Positions 38,200 to 47,661 of a stretch of 64,000 nucleotides of DNA are shown here, one piece after another; positions within the stretch are counted from its first letter, which is position 1, and each line of letters opens with the position of its first letter. The DNA is from an uncultured Candidatus Saccharibacteria bacterium (GTDB taxonomy: Bacteria; Patescibacteriota; Minisyncoccia; Phycocordibacterales; UBA9973): the NCBI GenBank assembly GCA_964623415.1, contig CAZUUH010000001.1, positions 1,305 to 65,304 on the forward strand. The letters are read 5' to 3'. The notes beneath the pieces are model-generated. The model saw only the letters and a program-made list of their open reading frames with translations. It had not been told where the DNA came from and searched no databases. Position numbers and translations under genes: made by a program.

Positions 38200-39051
38200 A
38201 TGTTTAAGCTAAATGAAGGTAAAATAAAAGAACTAGAAAAAACTGCAAATAACATCAGGAAAAATATCATAAAGATGTTATCTTTAGCTAAAAGTGGCCA
38301 TACAGCTGGAGCACTTGGAATGGCTGATATTTTCACTTTTTTATATTTTTATGCTTTAAAACATGACCCCAACAATCCAAATCTTAAAAATAAAGACCAT
38401 TTAGTTTTATCAAATGGTCACATTTGCCCAGTTCTATATGCAACAATGGCAGAGGCTCAATATTTTAATAAAAATGAACTATTTAATTTAAGAAAATTTG
38501 GTTCTATGTTACAAGGTCATCCCCACAGAGAATTCATGCCAATTATTGAGACATCTTCTGGTCCACTAGGGGAGGGATTATCACAAGCAATAGGAATAGC
38601 TCTTGCTTTAAAGATTGACAATAAGGATATGGGAGATGGTAATAACATTTTTTGTATTTCAAGTGATGGAGAATTAAATGAAGGCCAAACTTGGGAAGCA
38701 GTAATGCTTGCTGCAAAAGAAAAACTAAATAAATTGATATTGATAATCGACAGAAATAATATCCAAATAGAAGGGAACACAGAAGAAATTATGCCTCTTG
38801 AAAATTTAAAAAATAAATTTGAGTCTTTCAACTGGTTTGTAAAAGAGATTAATGGGCATGATTTTAACGAAATGAATGAAGCTATAATTAAAGCACAAGA
38901 AAATACAAATAAGCCATCCGTAATCATCGCACACACAACACCATCTAAGGGAATCAAAAAATGGGAGAATGATTATCGTTGGCATGGCAAAACTCCTAAT
39001 CAAAAAGAAGCAGAAGAGGCAATTATAGAATTAAATAAATTATATGCTTAA
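38200..39051 (+). CDS. Transketolase, N-terminal (TPP-binding) subunit
   Basis: GHTAGALGMADIFTFLY and GDGELNEGQTWEAVMLA are TPP-binding motifs. It is a split transketolase with the following gene. Confidence 0.85.
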   Translation: MFKLNEGKIKELEKTANNIRKNIIKMLSLAKSGHTAGALGMADIFTFLYFYALKHDPNNPNLKNKDHLVLSNGHICPVLYATMAEAQYFNKNELFNLRKFGSMLQGHPHREFMPIIETSSGPLGEGLSQAIGIALALKIDNKDMGDGNNIFCISSDGELNEGQTWEAVMLAAKEKLNKLILIIDRNNIQIEGNTEEIMPLENLKNKFESFNWFVKEINGHDFNEMNEAIIKAQENTNKPSVIIAHTTPSKGIKKWENDYRWHGKTPNQKEAEEAIIELNKLYA

Positions 39052-40042
39052 TCAATCATTAAAATTAAATACAAAAATTTTTAACAATGATGTAGAGAAA
39101 GGTCATACACGCCTAGGGTTCGGTGAGGGTTTATTACAAGCTGGAATGATTGATCAAAATATTGTTGCTTTATGTGCAGACTTAACAGAATCAACTAAAA
39201 CAAATCTATTTGCTGAAAAATTTCCTGAAAGATTTATACAAGTAGGAATAGCAGAACAAAATATGGCTTCTGTTGCAAGCGGTATGGCATCTTTAGGAAA
39301 AATACCTTTTATAGTTTCTTATGGAATATTCAACCCAGGACGTAATTGGGAACAAATAAGAACCAATATTTGTTACAACAATCAAAATGTTAAAATTATT
39401 GGCTCTCATGGTGGTTTATCTGTCGGAGAGGATGGTGGAAGTCACCAAATGCTTGAAGACATAGCAATAACAAAAGCAATACCAAACATTATAGTTATTT
39501 CTCCTTGTGATAAAATAGAAGCTAAAAAAGCAACTCTTGCAATCTCAAAAAACGAAAAGCCTACATATATGCGTTTAGCTAGAAATAGCACCCCTGTAAT
39601 AACAAGCGAAGAAACCCCATTTGAAATAGGAAAAGCGCAAATAGTTTTTGAGCCAGAACTTGGTCTTGCTCGTGTAGGAATAATAGCAACAGGACCAATA
39701 CTTTATAAAGCAATAATTTCTGCTCGTGAACTTGAAAAAAGAGGAGTGAAAACAAAAGTAATGAATTTATCAACAATAAAACCTCTAGATGAGAATGCAA
39801 TTATATCACTAGCAAAAGAAGTAAAGTGTCTAGTTACAGTAGAAGACCATCAGATAAATGGAGGAATGGGTGGTAGCGTATCTCAATTACTTTCAAAGAA
39901 TTATCCAATACCAATTGAATTTATTGGAGTAGATGATCAATTTGGACAATCAGGAACTCCAGAAGAACTAGAAAAACACTATCATATTGATACAATAGAC
40001 ATTATAGAAAAAGTAGAAAAGGTTATTAAAAGAAAATTATAA
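39044..40042 (+). CDS. Transketolase, C-terminal (pyrimidine-binding) subunit
   Basis: Conserved Pyr/C-terminal transketolase domain. The gene overlaps the N-terminal subunit gene by 8 nt. Confidence 0.85.
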   Translation: MLNQSLKLNTKIFNNDVEKGHTRLGFGEGLLQAGMIDQNIVALCADLTESTKTNLFAEKFPERFIQVGIAEQNMASVASGMASLGKIPFIVSYGIFNPGRNWEQIRTNICYNNQNVKIIGSHGGLSVGEDGGSHQMLEDIAITKAIPNIIVISPCDKIEAKKATLAISKNEKPTYMRLARNSTPVITSEETPFEIGKAQIVFEPELGLARVGIIATGPILYKAIISARELEKRGVKTKVMNLSTIKPLDENAIISLAKEVKCLVTVEDHQINGGMGGSVSQLLSKNYPIPIEFIGVDDQFGQSGTPEELEKHYHIDTIDIIEKVEKVIKRKL

Positions 40043-41008
40043 TAATTTTTCTAATTCATCTTTTCTTAATAGACCATCATGCGGTCCAAGATAAGAAACA
40101 ACAGAAGATGCATTTATTGAACCATATTTTAATGCTGTTTTTATATCTTTTAAAGAATTTATAGCTACCATAAAAGCAGAAGAGAAGGCATCTCCGGCAC
40201 CAGTTGGTTCAACAAAAGATTTTGATTCCACTATTTTTTCAAAATATATTTCTTTACCATCATAAGCATAAGAACCATGTGAACCATTTGTTATAACCAC
40301 CATTTTAGGCCCTAGAGAATAAAGCATTTTGGCTAATTCATGAATATCAGATATTTCTGTATCTAAAATTGATTTTGCTTCTTTCATATTACAAAACAAT
40401 ATATCTGTTCTTTTATAAATTTGACTCAAAGCTTCTACTCCAATACGTATTTGAAAAGTTCCAGGCTGAAAAGCTAACTTGATATCCTTATTCTTTTCTA
40501 AGTAATTTAAAATCTGATTATGAAAATACAAAGAATCTTCGCCCAAAGAACTTAAATATACCCAAGAAGGTTTATACTTTTTTTCTAATTCTTCAGATAA
40601 ATTATATTTATATTTTTCATGCTTAACTAAAATAGTACGTTCATCCTTATACCAAAGAACATAATGGCAATTAGTTTTCATTAGATTTTCTTTATTCACC
40701 AAAGAAATATCAACATTTTCATTTTCTAATTTAGATATAGATAAATTACCGTTATCATCATTCCCAATGTTTGTAATTAGTGCTGTATTAAAACCTAAAC
40801 GACTAGTTCCAATTGCAAAATTAGGGCTATTGCCAACAGCATAACAAGTAGAAGATTCATCATAGGGTATCTTACCCCCATAATTTAGACATAGTTCACA
40901 ATGAGTGTTATCGCTATTACATAAAGTTTCAGCTTCAGATATTTTAATAAAAATATCGAGAGCAATATCACCAATTGCTAAAAAATCAATTTCTCTATTA
41001 TCATCCAT
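40037..41008 (-). CDS. PfkB-family carbohydrate kinase (ribokinase-like)
   Basis: N-terminal LAIGDIALDIF, and C-terminal TGAGDAFSSAFMVAI in the anion-hole/catalytic region. Confidence 0.8.
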   Translation of the reverse strand: MDDNREIDFLAIGDIALDIFIKISEAETLCNSDNTHCELCLNYGGKIPYDESSTCYAVGNSPNFAIGTSRLGFNTALITNIGNDDNGNLSISKLENENVDISLVNKENLMKTNCHYVLWYKDERTILVKHEKYKYNLSEELEKKYKPSWVYLSSLGEDSLYFHNQILNYLEKNKDIKLAFQPGTFQIRIGVEALSQIYKRTDILFCNMKEAKSILDTEISDIHELAKMLYSLGPKMVVITNGSHGSYAYDGKEIYFEKIVESKSFVEPTGAGDAFSSAFMVAINSLKDIKTALKYGSINASSVVSYLGPHDGLLRKDELEKLL

Positions 41009-41076
41009 ATATTTATTGTATCATATTATGTTATAATTGTAAGAGTATTTATTAATATAATAAAAGATATTACAGA

Positions 41077-41934
41077 ATGAAAACATTAAGAGAATACATT
41101 AAAGAAGCTGAAGAAAAACATATTGCTATCGGACATTTCAATGTATCTAACATTGAAGGTTTACATGGTGTATACAATGCTGCTCGTAAATTATCATTAC
41201 CAATAATAATTGGTGTTTCAGAGGGAGAAGAAAATTTCATTGGTATGGAAGAAATAGCTTGTTTAGTTAAGACAATAAGAGAAAGAGATAACTACCCAAT
41301 ATTCTTAAATGCCGATCATCATTATAGTTTTGAATCTGTAAAAAAAGTAATAGACATTGGTTATGATTCTGCGATAATAGATGCAGTTAAACTTCCACTT
41401 GAAGAAAATATTTTACTTACAAAAAAATGTGTTGAATATGCAAGAAGTAAAGAAAAAGATATTTTAATAGAAGCAGAAATAGGTTTTATTGGTACTTCAT
41501 CTAAAATATTAGACGATATCCCAGATGGTGTTACGGAAAAAACTATAACTAAAAAAGAAGATGCCAAATATTTTATAGAAAATACTGGTATAGATTTACT
41601 TGCACCGTCTGTTGGTAATATTCATGGAATGATAAAAAATGGTAATCCTAAGTTAGATATAGAAAGAATCAAAGAAATAAGAAAAACATGTGGTGTACCT
41701 CTTGTTCTTCATGGAGGATCTGGTATCTCTGATGATGATTTTAAAAAAGCAATTGAAGCTGGAATTTCTATTATCCACATAAACACTGAAATTCGTGTTG
41801 CATACAAAGAAGCACTAGAGAAATTCTTAAAAGAAAATCCGAACGAAATTGCACCTTACAAAATATTAGAACCAGCTGTCTTAGCAATAGAAGAAGTAAC
41901 ACTAAAAAGACTAAAACTCTTTAATAACTTATAA
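41077..41934 (+). CDS. fba: Class II fructose-bisphosphate aldolase
   Basis: IAIGHFNVSNIEG, LHGGSGISDDDFKKAIEAGISIIHINTEI and the Zn-binding His residues. Confidence 0.88.
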   Translation: MKTLREYIKEAEEKHIAIGHFNVSNIEGLHGVYNAARKLSLPIIIGVSEGEENFIGMEEIACLVKTIRERDNYPIFLNADHHYSFESVKKVIDIGYDSAIIDAVKLPLEENILLTKKCVEYARSKEKDILIEAEIGFIGTSSKILDDIPDGVTEKTITKKEDAKYFIENTGIDLLAPSVGNIHGMIKNGNPKLDIERIKEIRKTCGVPLVLHGGSGISDDDFKKAIEAGISIIHINTEIRVAYKEALEKFLKENPNEIAPYKILEPAVLAIEEVTLKRLKLFNNL

Positions 41935-41939
41935 AAATT

Positions 41940-41964
41940 AAAACCCCTTATTATAAGGGGTTTT
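41940..41964 (+). terminator. Intrinsic terminator after fba (aaaacccctta-tta-taaggggtttt)
   Basis: Perfect 11-bp stem followed by a T/A-rich tail. Confidence 0.65.
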
Positions 41965-42003
41965 AATTTGCAAATATATACTTTTTATGTTATTATTTTA
42001 CTT

Positions 42004-42660
42004 ATGAATATATTAACCGCAACAAAACGAGGTAAGGCAGATAAGCTAGATGCTATACGATCTAACGGTATGGTTCCAGCTGTCGTCTATGGCGTTCGTG
42101 TGGAAAACACCATGCTTTCCGTACCAGCCATCAATTTCGAAAAAATATTTAACATAGCTGGTGAGACAAGTGCAATCGTACTTGAAATTAAAGATGAAAA
42201 GGGGAGTTCTAAAAAAGTTGATGTTCTAATCCATGATGTCCAACTTGACCCATTAAAAAGTAATCCAATACACATAGACTTTTTGGCTATCGATATGAAC
42301 AAGAAAGTTACAGTCAATATTCCTATTGAGTTTATAGGAATAGCTCCAGCTGAAAAAGATGGTTTAGGTAATTTGGTTAAAGCTCTTTATGAAATTGAGA
42401 TTGAAGCACTTCCAAAAGATATACCTCATAATATAGAAGTTAATTTATCTTCTCTTACAACTCTTGATTCACAAATACGTGTTTGTGATATAAAACTTCC
42501 TAATGGAATAGAGGTACTAACAGACAAAGAAGAAGTATTGGCTTCCATAACTACAATAAAAGAAGAAATTGAAGAAACACCAGTTGATTTATCTTCAATA
42601 GAAGTTGAAAAGAAAGGAAAGAAAGAGGAGGAAGGTGAGTCTAAAGAAGAATCTAAATAA
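42004..42660 (+). CDS. rplY: 50S ribosomal protein L25 / general stress protein Ctc
   Basis: LTATKRGKADKLDAIRSNGMVPAVVYG is the L25 N-terminus, and a Ctc-type C-terminal extension is present. The ATG at 42004 is preferred because the track start lies inside the terminator. Confidence 0.85.
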   Translation: MNILTATKRGKADKLDAIRSNGMVPAVVYGVRVENTMLSVPAINFEKIFNIAGETSAIVLEIKDEKGSSKKVDVLIHDVQLDPLKSNPIHIDFLAIDMNKKVTVNIPIEFIGIAPAEKDGLGNLVKALYEIEIEALPKDIPHNIEVNLSSLTTLDSQIRVCDIKLPNGIEVLTDKEEVLASITTIKEEIEETPVDLSSIEVEKKGKKEEEGESKEESK

Positions 42661-42678
42661 CATTATACTACTACATAT

Positions 42679-42716
42679 AAAAACATCTTAGTGTGAATAT
42701 ACTAAGATGTTTTTAT
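42679..42716 (+). terminator. Intrinsic terminator after rplY (aaacatcttagt / actaagatgttt then TTTT)
   Basis: Stem-loop read directly from the sequence. Confidence 0.6.
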
Positions 42717-42734
42717 ATGATACAATAATTCAGT

Positions 42735-44144
42735 ATGGTTTTTAAATTTAAAAAATACAGCTTATTACCAGCCTCTATATTAACTATATTTAGTATAGTT
42801 TGTATAAATTTTATTCCTAATAAATACGCAATAGCTCTAGATTGTACAAATCCAGAATATGCAAAATCTAATGAATCATATTGTCGTAATCAGCTAAACC
42901 AATACTTAGAAGAAGAAGCTAGGTTGTTAAAAGAATTAGAACAACAAAGTAAAAAAAGTGCGAACTATGCATCTGAAGTTAAAAGACTAACAACAGAGAT
43001 AAATGCACTTAAAACAAAAATTAAAGCACGTGAAAATTCTATTGCTTTGCTTAAGAACGACATCAATACCAAAAAATCTACAATAAATACACTCACAAGT
43101 AAGATCGATAGAGAAAAACAATCACTTGCTCAATTAATCAGAAAAGAAAGACAAATTGATAATATATCAATAGTGTCTTTGATTTTATCTAATGATAATA
43201 TCTCTGATATATATGGAGACTTAAGCACCTTTTCTTCTATTAAAGAGGGTATACAAGAATCTATTGATAAAATAAATGGTACAAAACGTTTAACAGAAGC
43301 AGAAAAAATTGAATTAGAAAAAAAGCGAGACGAAGAAACAAATGCTAAATATGAACTAGAAAGTACCCAAAAAAGGACAGTACAAGTTGAAGGTGATAAG
43401 AAAAGGCTTTTAGCCGAATCTAAAAACCAAGAAACAGCTCTCGCTAAAATTGCTGCTGAGAAAAAAGTTCAAGCCGAAAAAATAAGAACTGCGTTAATTA
43501 AATTTCAAGGTAGTGGTATTTCAAGTAAATCAATATCTTTTGGTGAAGCGTATGATTATGCGAAAAAAGCTTCTGCAAAAACAGGAGTTCGAGCAGCTCT
43601 TATCCTTGCTATAATGCAACAAGAAACTGGTTTTGGAAATAATGTTGGTGGATGTTATGTCACAGATTTAGCAACAGGAGATGGAAAGGGTATCCAATCT
43701 GGTGCATCCTATGAAAAAGTTATGGGGATTGGAAGTTTGAGTATTTTTAAACGTATTACAGAAGAGCTTAGTTTAAATTGGAATACAACACCTGTATCTT
43801 GCCCAATAGATATTAAAGGTTATGGTACCGCTACAAAATATTATCCTGGACGTGGGTACGGAGGAGCTATGGGTTATACGCAATTCATTCCAAGTACATG
43901 GGTATTAGTTGAAGATAGAGTTGAGTCATATTTAGGAACAAAAATAGCAAACCCATGGAATCCAAGTAATGCTGTTATGGCAACAGCTGTATTCTTACAA
44001 GACCTAGGAGCTGGAGCTCAAACATATACAGCTGAATATAATTCGGCTTGTAGATACTATGGTTCCTGTTCTAGTTATGCAAGTTCTGTAATGAAAAAGG
44101 CTTCTCTAATACAACTTGATATAAATAAACTAGAAGACTTATAG
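42735..44144 (+). CDS. Exported protein with a coiled-coil N-terminus and a C-terminal lytic-transglycosylase-like (SLT/lysozyme-like) domain
   Basis: Signal/TM segment and a long coiled coil. The C-domain has AIMQQETGFG and GYTQFIPSTW, resembling the SLT E-S...GLMQ(F/I)MP.T motifs. Confidence 0.5.
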   Translation: MVFKFKKYSLLPASILTIFSIVCINFIPNKYAIALDCTNPEYAKSNESYCRNQLNQYLEEEARLLKELEQQSKKSANYASEVKRLTTEINALKTKIKARENSIALLKNDINTKKSTINTLTSKIDREKQSLAQLIRKERQIDNISIVSLILSNDNISDIYGDLSTFSSIKEGIQESIDKINGTKRLTEAEKIELEKKRDEETNAKYELESTQKRTVQVEGDKKRLLAESKNQETALAKIAAEKKVQAEKIRTALIKFQGSGISSKSISFGEAYDYAKKASAKTGVRAALILAIMQQETGFGNNVGGCYVTDLATGDGKGIQSGASYEKVMGIGSLSIFKRITEELSLNWNTTPVSCPIDIKGYGTATKYYPGRGYGGAMGYTQFIPSTWVLVEDRVESYLGTKIANPWNPSNAVMATAVFLQDLGAGAQTYTAEYNSACRYYGSCSSYASSVMKKASLIQLDINKLEDL

Positions 44145-44195
44145 AATTATAAACTATTGCAAAACTTATAAAATAATGATATCATCACATAACGT

Positions 44196-44420
44196 ATGAA
44201 GAAAGATATACACCCAAAATTTAACGATAAAGCAAAAGCAAACTGTGCATGTGGAGCTTCTTTTACAATAGGTTCAACAATGGATGAAATAAACGTTGAA
44301 ATCTGTAGTCAGTGTCATCCTTTTTACACAGGGAATGAAAAGGTGTTAGACACAGCAGGACGTGTAGACCGCTTCAAGAAACGTGTTGCTTCTGCAAAAA
44401 ATACAAAATCTAAGAAATAA
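44196..44420 (+). CDS. rpmE: 50S ribosomal protein L31
   Basis: MKKDIHPKFNDKAKANCACGASFTIGST...CSQCHPFYTG matches L31. Confidence 0.9.
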   Translation: MKKDIHPKFNDKAKANCACGASFTIGSTMDEINVEICSQCHPFYTGNEKVLDTAGRVDRFKKRVASAKNTKSKK

Positions 44421-44432
44421 ATAATATTAAAA

Positions 44433-44480
44433 AATCAGCGGTTCTAACCTCCAAAAGAGGTGCAACCACTGATTTTTTTT
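44433..44480 (+). terminator. Intrinsic terminator after rpmE (an 11-bp stem with one mismatch and an inner cctc/gagg stem, then T8)
   Basis: Read directly from the sequence. Confidence 0.65.
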
Positions 44481-44496
44481 ATGTTATAATAAAACT

Positions 44497-45477
44497 ATGA
44501 ACATAGAGGATCTAGAACAGCTTAAAAAAGACCACAAAACTAGTTATTTCGCTCTAGAATATGAGCGTCTTTTAAAAGAAGAAGAGAAGGTAAATGAAAT
44601 GGTCTCCCAAGATGAAAGTCTAAAAGAACTCGCAGAAGAAGAGATACAAAATATTAAATTCCAAAAAGAAGCAATTGAAAGGCAATTAGAGGAAATAAAA
44701 AAAAGTGAAAAAGAAGAAGAAGAATTTCCTAATGAAATAATCTTAGAAGTTAGAGCTGGTGCTGGTGGCGACGAAGCATCACTTTTTGCATGGGAGCTTG
44801 CTCATATGTATGAAAGATATACGGAGAAAAAGAATTGGAGTTTTAAAACAATAGACATATCTAGTAACGAAGTTGGTGGTTACAAAGAAGCTTCTTTTGA
44901 AATAAAAGGTAAGGATGTTTATAGGTTACTAAGATACGAAACCGGAGTTCACAGAGTTCAGCGTATCCCTGCAACAGAAAAGAATGGCCGTATACATACA
45001 TCTACAGCATCAGTTGCAATTCTTCCACTAAGAAAAAAGACAAAAATAATTATAAACCCAGCAGACTTAGAAATGGAATATTCTCGTTCTGGAGGAGCTG
45101 GTGGTCAAAATGTAAACAAAGTGGAAACTGCAGTACGTTTAATCCACAAACCAACTGGTATAGATGTTCGTTGTACAACAGAAAGAAAACAGCTTGCTAA
45201 TCGCGAAAAAGCAATGGAAATTCTTATATCAAAATTGCAGTTATTAAAAGATGAAGAAGAGGCAAGTAAATATTCTGGAGAGAGAAAGAACCAAATAGGT
45301 ACAGCAGATAGGAGTGAGAAAATCCGTACATATAACTTTCCTCAAGATAGAATCACTGATCATAGGATAAAACAATCTTGGTCAAATATACCAAGTATAA
45401 TGGAGGGTAATATAGACAAGATGATAGATGCCCTTTCATCTGGGGTTATCGGTGAAGCAGAAGAACTTGAAGATTAA
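44497..45477 (+). CDS. prfA: Peptide chain release factor 1
   Basis: GGQ motif ([17 protein letters not shown]) and the PAT tripeptide (RIPATE) typical of RF1 rather than the RF2 SPF. Confidence 0.88.
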   Translation: MNIEDLEQLKKDHKTSYFALEYERLLKEEEKVNEMVSQDESLKELAEEEIQNIKFQKEAIERQLEEIKKSEKEEEEFPNEIILEVRAGAGGDEASLFAWELAHMYERYTEKKNWSFKTIDISSNEVGGYKEASFEIKGKDVYRLLRYETGVHRVQRIPATEKNGRIHTSTASVAILPLRKKTKIIINPADLEMEYSRSGGAGGQNVNKVETAVRLIHKPTGIDVRCTTERKQLANREKAMEILISKLQLLKDEEEASKYSGERKNQIGTADRSEKIRTYNFPQDRITDHRIKQSWSNIPSIMEGNIDKMIDALSSGVIGEAEELED

Positions 45478-45682
45478 GAGAAAGTGATAAAAAGAGCTAT
45501 TGCTTTATTTTTATATGTCTGTTATAGTTCAGCCAGTAGTTTGCTTATGTTTTGGTATCTTTCATTCTTCGTGTTTAGAGCATTGAGGTATGTAAATGAA
45601 ATCAGCTTCGCGATTACATTTATAAGTTAGTTTTTTCAAGTGGTAAATATGAAAGTATTTCCATAAGAATACATTGTCATAT

Positions 45683-45943
45683 ATGGCAAAAAAGTTATAT
45701 GTTGGTGGTCTTCCTTACAAGACTTCTAACGATGAGTTAAAAGCTCATTTTAGTGCAGCAGGGGAAGTTTCCTCAGCAACAATTATTATGGATAAGATGA
45801 CTGGTCGCTCAAAGGGCTTTGGCTTCGTAGAAATGGAAAACGATGCTGATGCAGATACAGCTATCTCAATGTTTGATGGTAAAGACTTCGAAGGAAGAAA
45901 CCTTACAGTCAATGAAGCTCGTCCAATGGAACCAAGAAAATAA
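45683..45943 (+). CDS. RRM-domain RNA-binding protein
   Basis: RNP-2 LYVGGL and RNP-1 KGFGFVEM. The ATG at 45683 is preferred because the track start at 45674 is TTG. Confidence 0.85.
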   Translation: MAKKLYVGGLPYKTSNDELKAHFSAAGEVSSATIIMDKMTGRSKGFGFVEMENDADADTAISMFDGKDFEGRNLTVNEARPMEPRK

Positions 45944-45956
45944 TACATTTTCTATT

Positions 45957-45990
45957 AAAACCCTCTGATTATATCAGGGGGTTTTAATTT
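45957..45990 (+). terminator. Intrinsic terminator after the RRM gene (aaaaccctctgat-tata-tcagggggtttt)
   Basis: Stem-loop with a T-run. Confidence 0.6.
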
Positions 45991-45998
45991 TTATTCAG

Positions 45999-46028
45999 TT
46001 TGCAACATAAAGGTTTTTTTGTTACAAT
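45999..46028 (+). promoter_or_regulatory. Sigma70-like promoter TTGCAA-17-TACAAT about 20 nt upstream of tRNA-Ile
   Basis: Hexamers read directly from the sequence. Confidence 0.4.
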
Positions 46029-46048
46029 ATCTATTAGTTTCTTATTCT

Positions 46049-46120
46049 GCGTGTGTAGTTCAGTGGTAGAACGCTGTCCTGATAAGACAGAGGTCCTTGG
46101 TCCGATTCCAAGCACACGCA
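46049..46120 (+). tRNA. tRNA-Ile (anticodon GAU)
   Basis: Cloverleaf with acceptor GCGTGTG/CACACGC, anticodon loop CTGATAA and T-arm CTTGG-TCCGATT-CCAAG. It overlaps the spurious N-terminus of track ORF 46000..46395. Confidence 0.88.
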
Positions 46121-46146
46121 CAAGGCTTTATAGGCCTTTTAACATT

Positions 46147-46395
46147 ATGAATAAAAAAAATAAAACTCCATGGTGGAGAGATGGAGTTATAATTTTTGTT
46201 AAAGTTTCAAGTTATATTGCAATCCCAATAGTTATAGCATCAATAGTTGGTAATAAACTTGATCAAAAATATAATTCTGGTAATTTACTTTTTTTAACAT
46301 TCATAGGATTCGCGTTTATTTCAACTATCTATTTAATCTGGAAAGAAATGAAAATTTACAAAAAGAAAATAGATAAAGAAGAGTCTCAAAAATAA
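46147..46395 (+). CDS. Small membrane protein preceding atpB (AtpI/AtpZ-like position)
   Basis: Two hydrophobic helices immediately upstream of atpB. The ATG at 46147 follows the tRNA and a small hairpin (aaggc/gcctt). Confidence 0.4.
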   Translation: MNKKNKTPWWRDGVIIFVKVSSYIAIPIVIASIVGNKLDQKYNSGNLLFLTFIGFAFISTIYLIWKEMKIYKKKIDKEESQK

Positions 46396-46399
46396 AAAT

Positions 46400-47299
46400 A
46401 TGAAATCTGAAATTAGAGAAGAAAATAATCTACAATCAAACGAAAATAGTTTAAACATAGAATCTGAAATAGGGAATATTACTCACAATGAAGAAATTAT
46501 GCATGAATCAACATTGTATGCTGAGCCAATATTCCATATAGGAGATTTTACTGTTACAAATGCACTATTTACAAGCTGGATAGTTGTATTTATTTTAATA
46601 ATATTCTCCATAATTTTAAAAATTAAAATTAAAAAAATTCCAAATGGAATACAAAATTTTTTTGAAATAGTTATTGAGGGGGCAGTATCTCTTTGTGATC
46701 AGATAACAAATAATAGAAAAATAACAGAAAGAGCTTTTCCTATAGTAATGGCTGTATTTTTATTTGTCCTACTCAACAATTGGATCGGAATATTACCATT
46801 CTCTGGATTGGGTCTTATTGAAACAACAGAACATGGAAAGGTATTTATCCCAATAATAAGATCCGGAACCGCTGATATAAACGGTACATTACCACTTGCA
46901 ATTCTTTCAGTTTTAGGTGCAAATATTTTTGGAGCTATCAGTATAGGGCTCTGGAAAACCATTAATAAATATGTTAATCTAAGTGCACTTGGTAGTATTT
47001 TTACCAAGATTAAAAAAGATCCAACTATTTTAATGACAGCACCTATATTATTTGCTGTAGGGGTAATAGAATTTATTGGAGAATTCGCTAAGATAGCTTC
47101 TCTTTCTTTTCGTTTATTTGGAAATGTCTTTGCAGGAGAAGTCTTACTTGCCTCAATGGGTGCAATAATGGCTTATATGTTACCAACTCCATTTTTACTT
47201 CTTGAAGTTTTTGTAGGGTTAATACAAGCTTTTATTTTTGCAATGTTGACATTGGTATATTACACAATATCAAGTATGGATCACGAAGAAGAGCATTAA
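46400..47299 (+). CDS. atpB: ATP synthase F0 subunit a
   Basis: LLNNWIGILPF, and FRLFGNVFAGEVLL containing the conserved Arg. Confidence 0.88.
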   Translation: MKSEIREENNLQSNENSLNIESEIGNITHNEEIMHESTLYAEPIFHIGDFTVTNALFTSWIVVFILIIFSIILKIKIKKIPNGIQNFFEIVIEGAVSLCDQITNNRKITERAFPIVMAVFLFVLLNNWIGILPFSGLGLIETTEHGKVFIPIIRSGTADINGTLPLAILSVLGANIFGAISIGLWKTINKYVNLSALGSIFTKIKKDPTILMTAPILFAVGVIEFIGEFAKIASLSFRLFGNVFAGEVLLASMGAIMAYMLPTPFLLLEVFVGLIQAFIFAMLTLVYYTISSMDHEEEH

Positions 47300-47341
47300 A
47301 ATAAATTTGATTTTAATAATAAAGAGGTCAATCATTATTAG

Positions 47342-47572
<231 letters not shown>

Positions 47573-47586
47573 TTTACTATTTACAT

Positions 47587-47616
47587 CTGAATATTTGTTC
47601 TATCTCAAATATTCAG
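47587..47616 (+). promoter_or_regulatory. 11-bp perfect stem-loop (ctgaatatttg / caaatattcag) right after atpE with no U-tail, followed by a double SD for atpF
   Basis: Read directly from the sequence. It is a likely mRNA stabiliser or stoichiometry element. Confidence 0.4.
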
Positions 47617-47661
47617 GAGTAAGGAGTAAAACCCTTATTAATAAAATATTTAAAATAATTT

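Noticed and set aside
46000-46146. The N-terminal part of track ORF 46000..46395
   Set aside because: It runs straight through tRNA-Ile (46049-46120). Only the part downstream of the ATG at 46147 is retained, as an AtpI-like small membrane protein.
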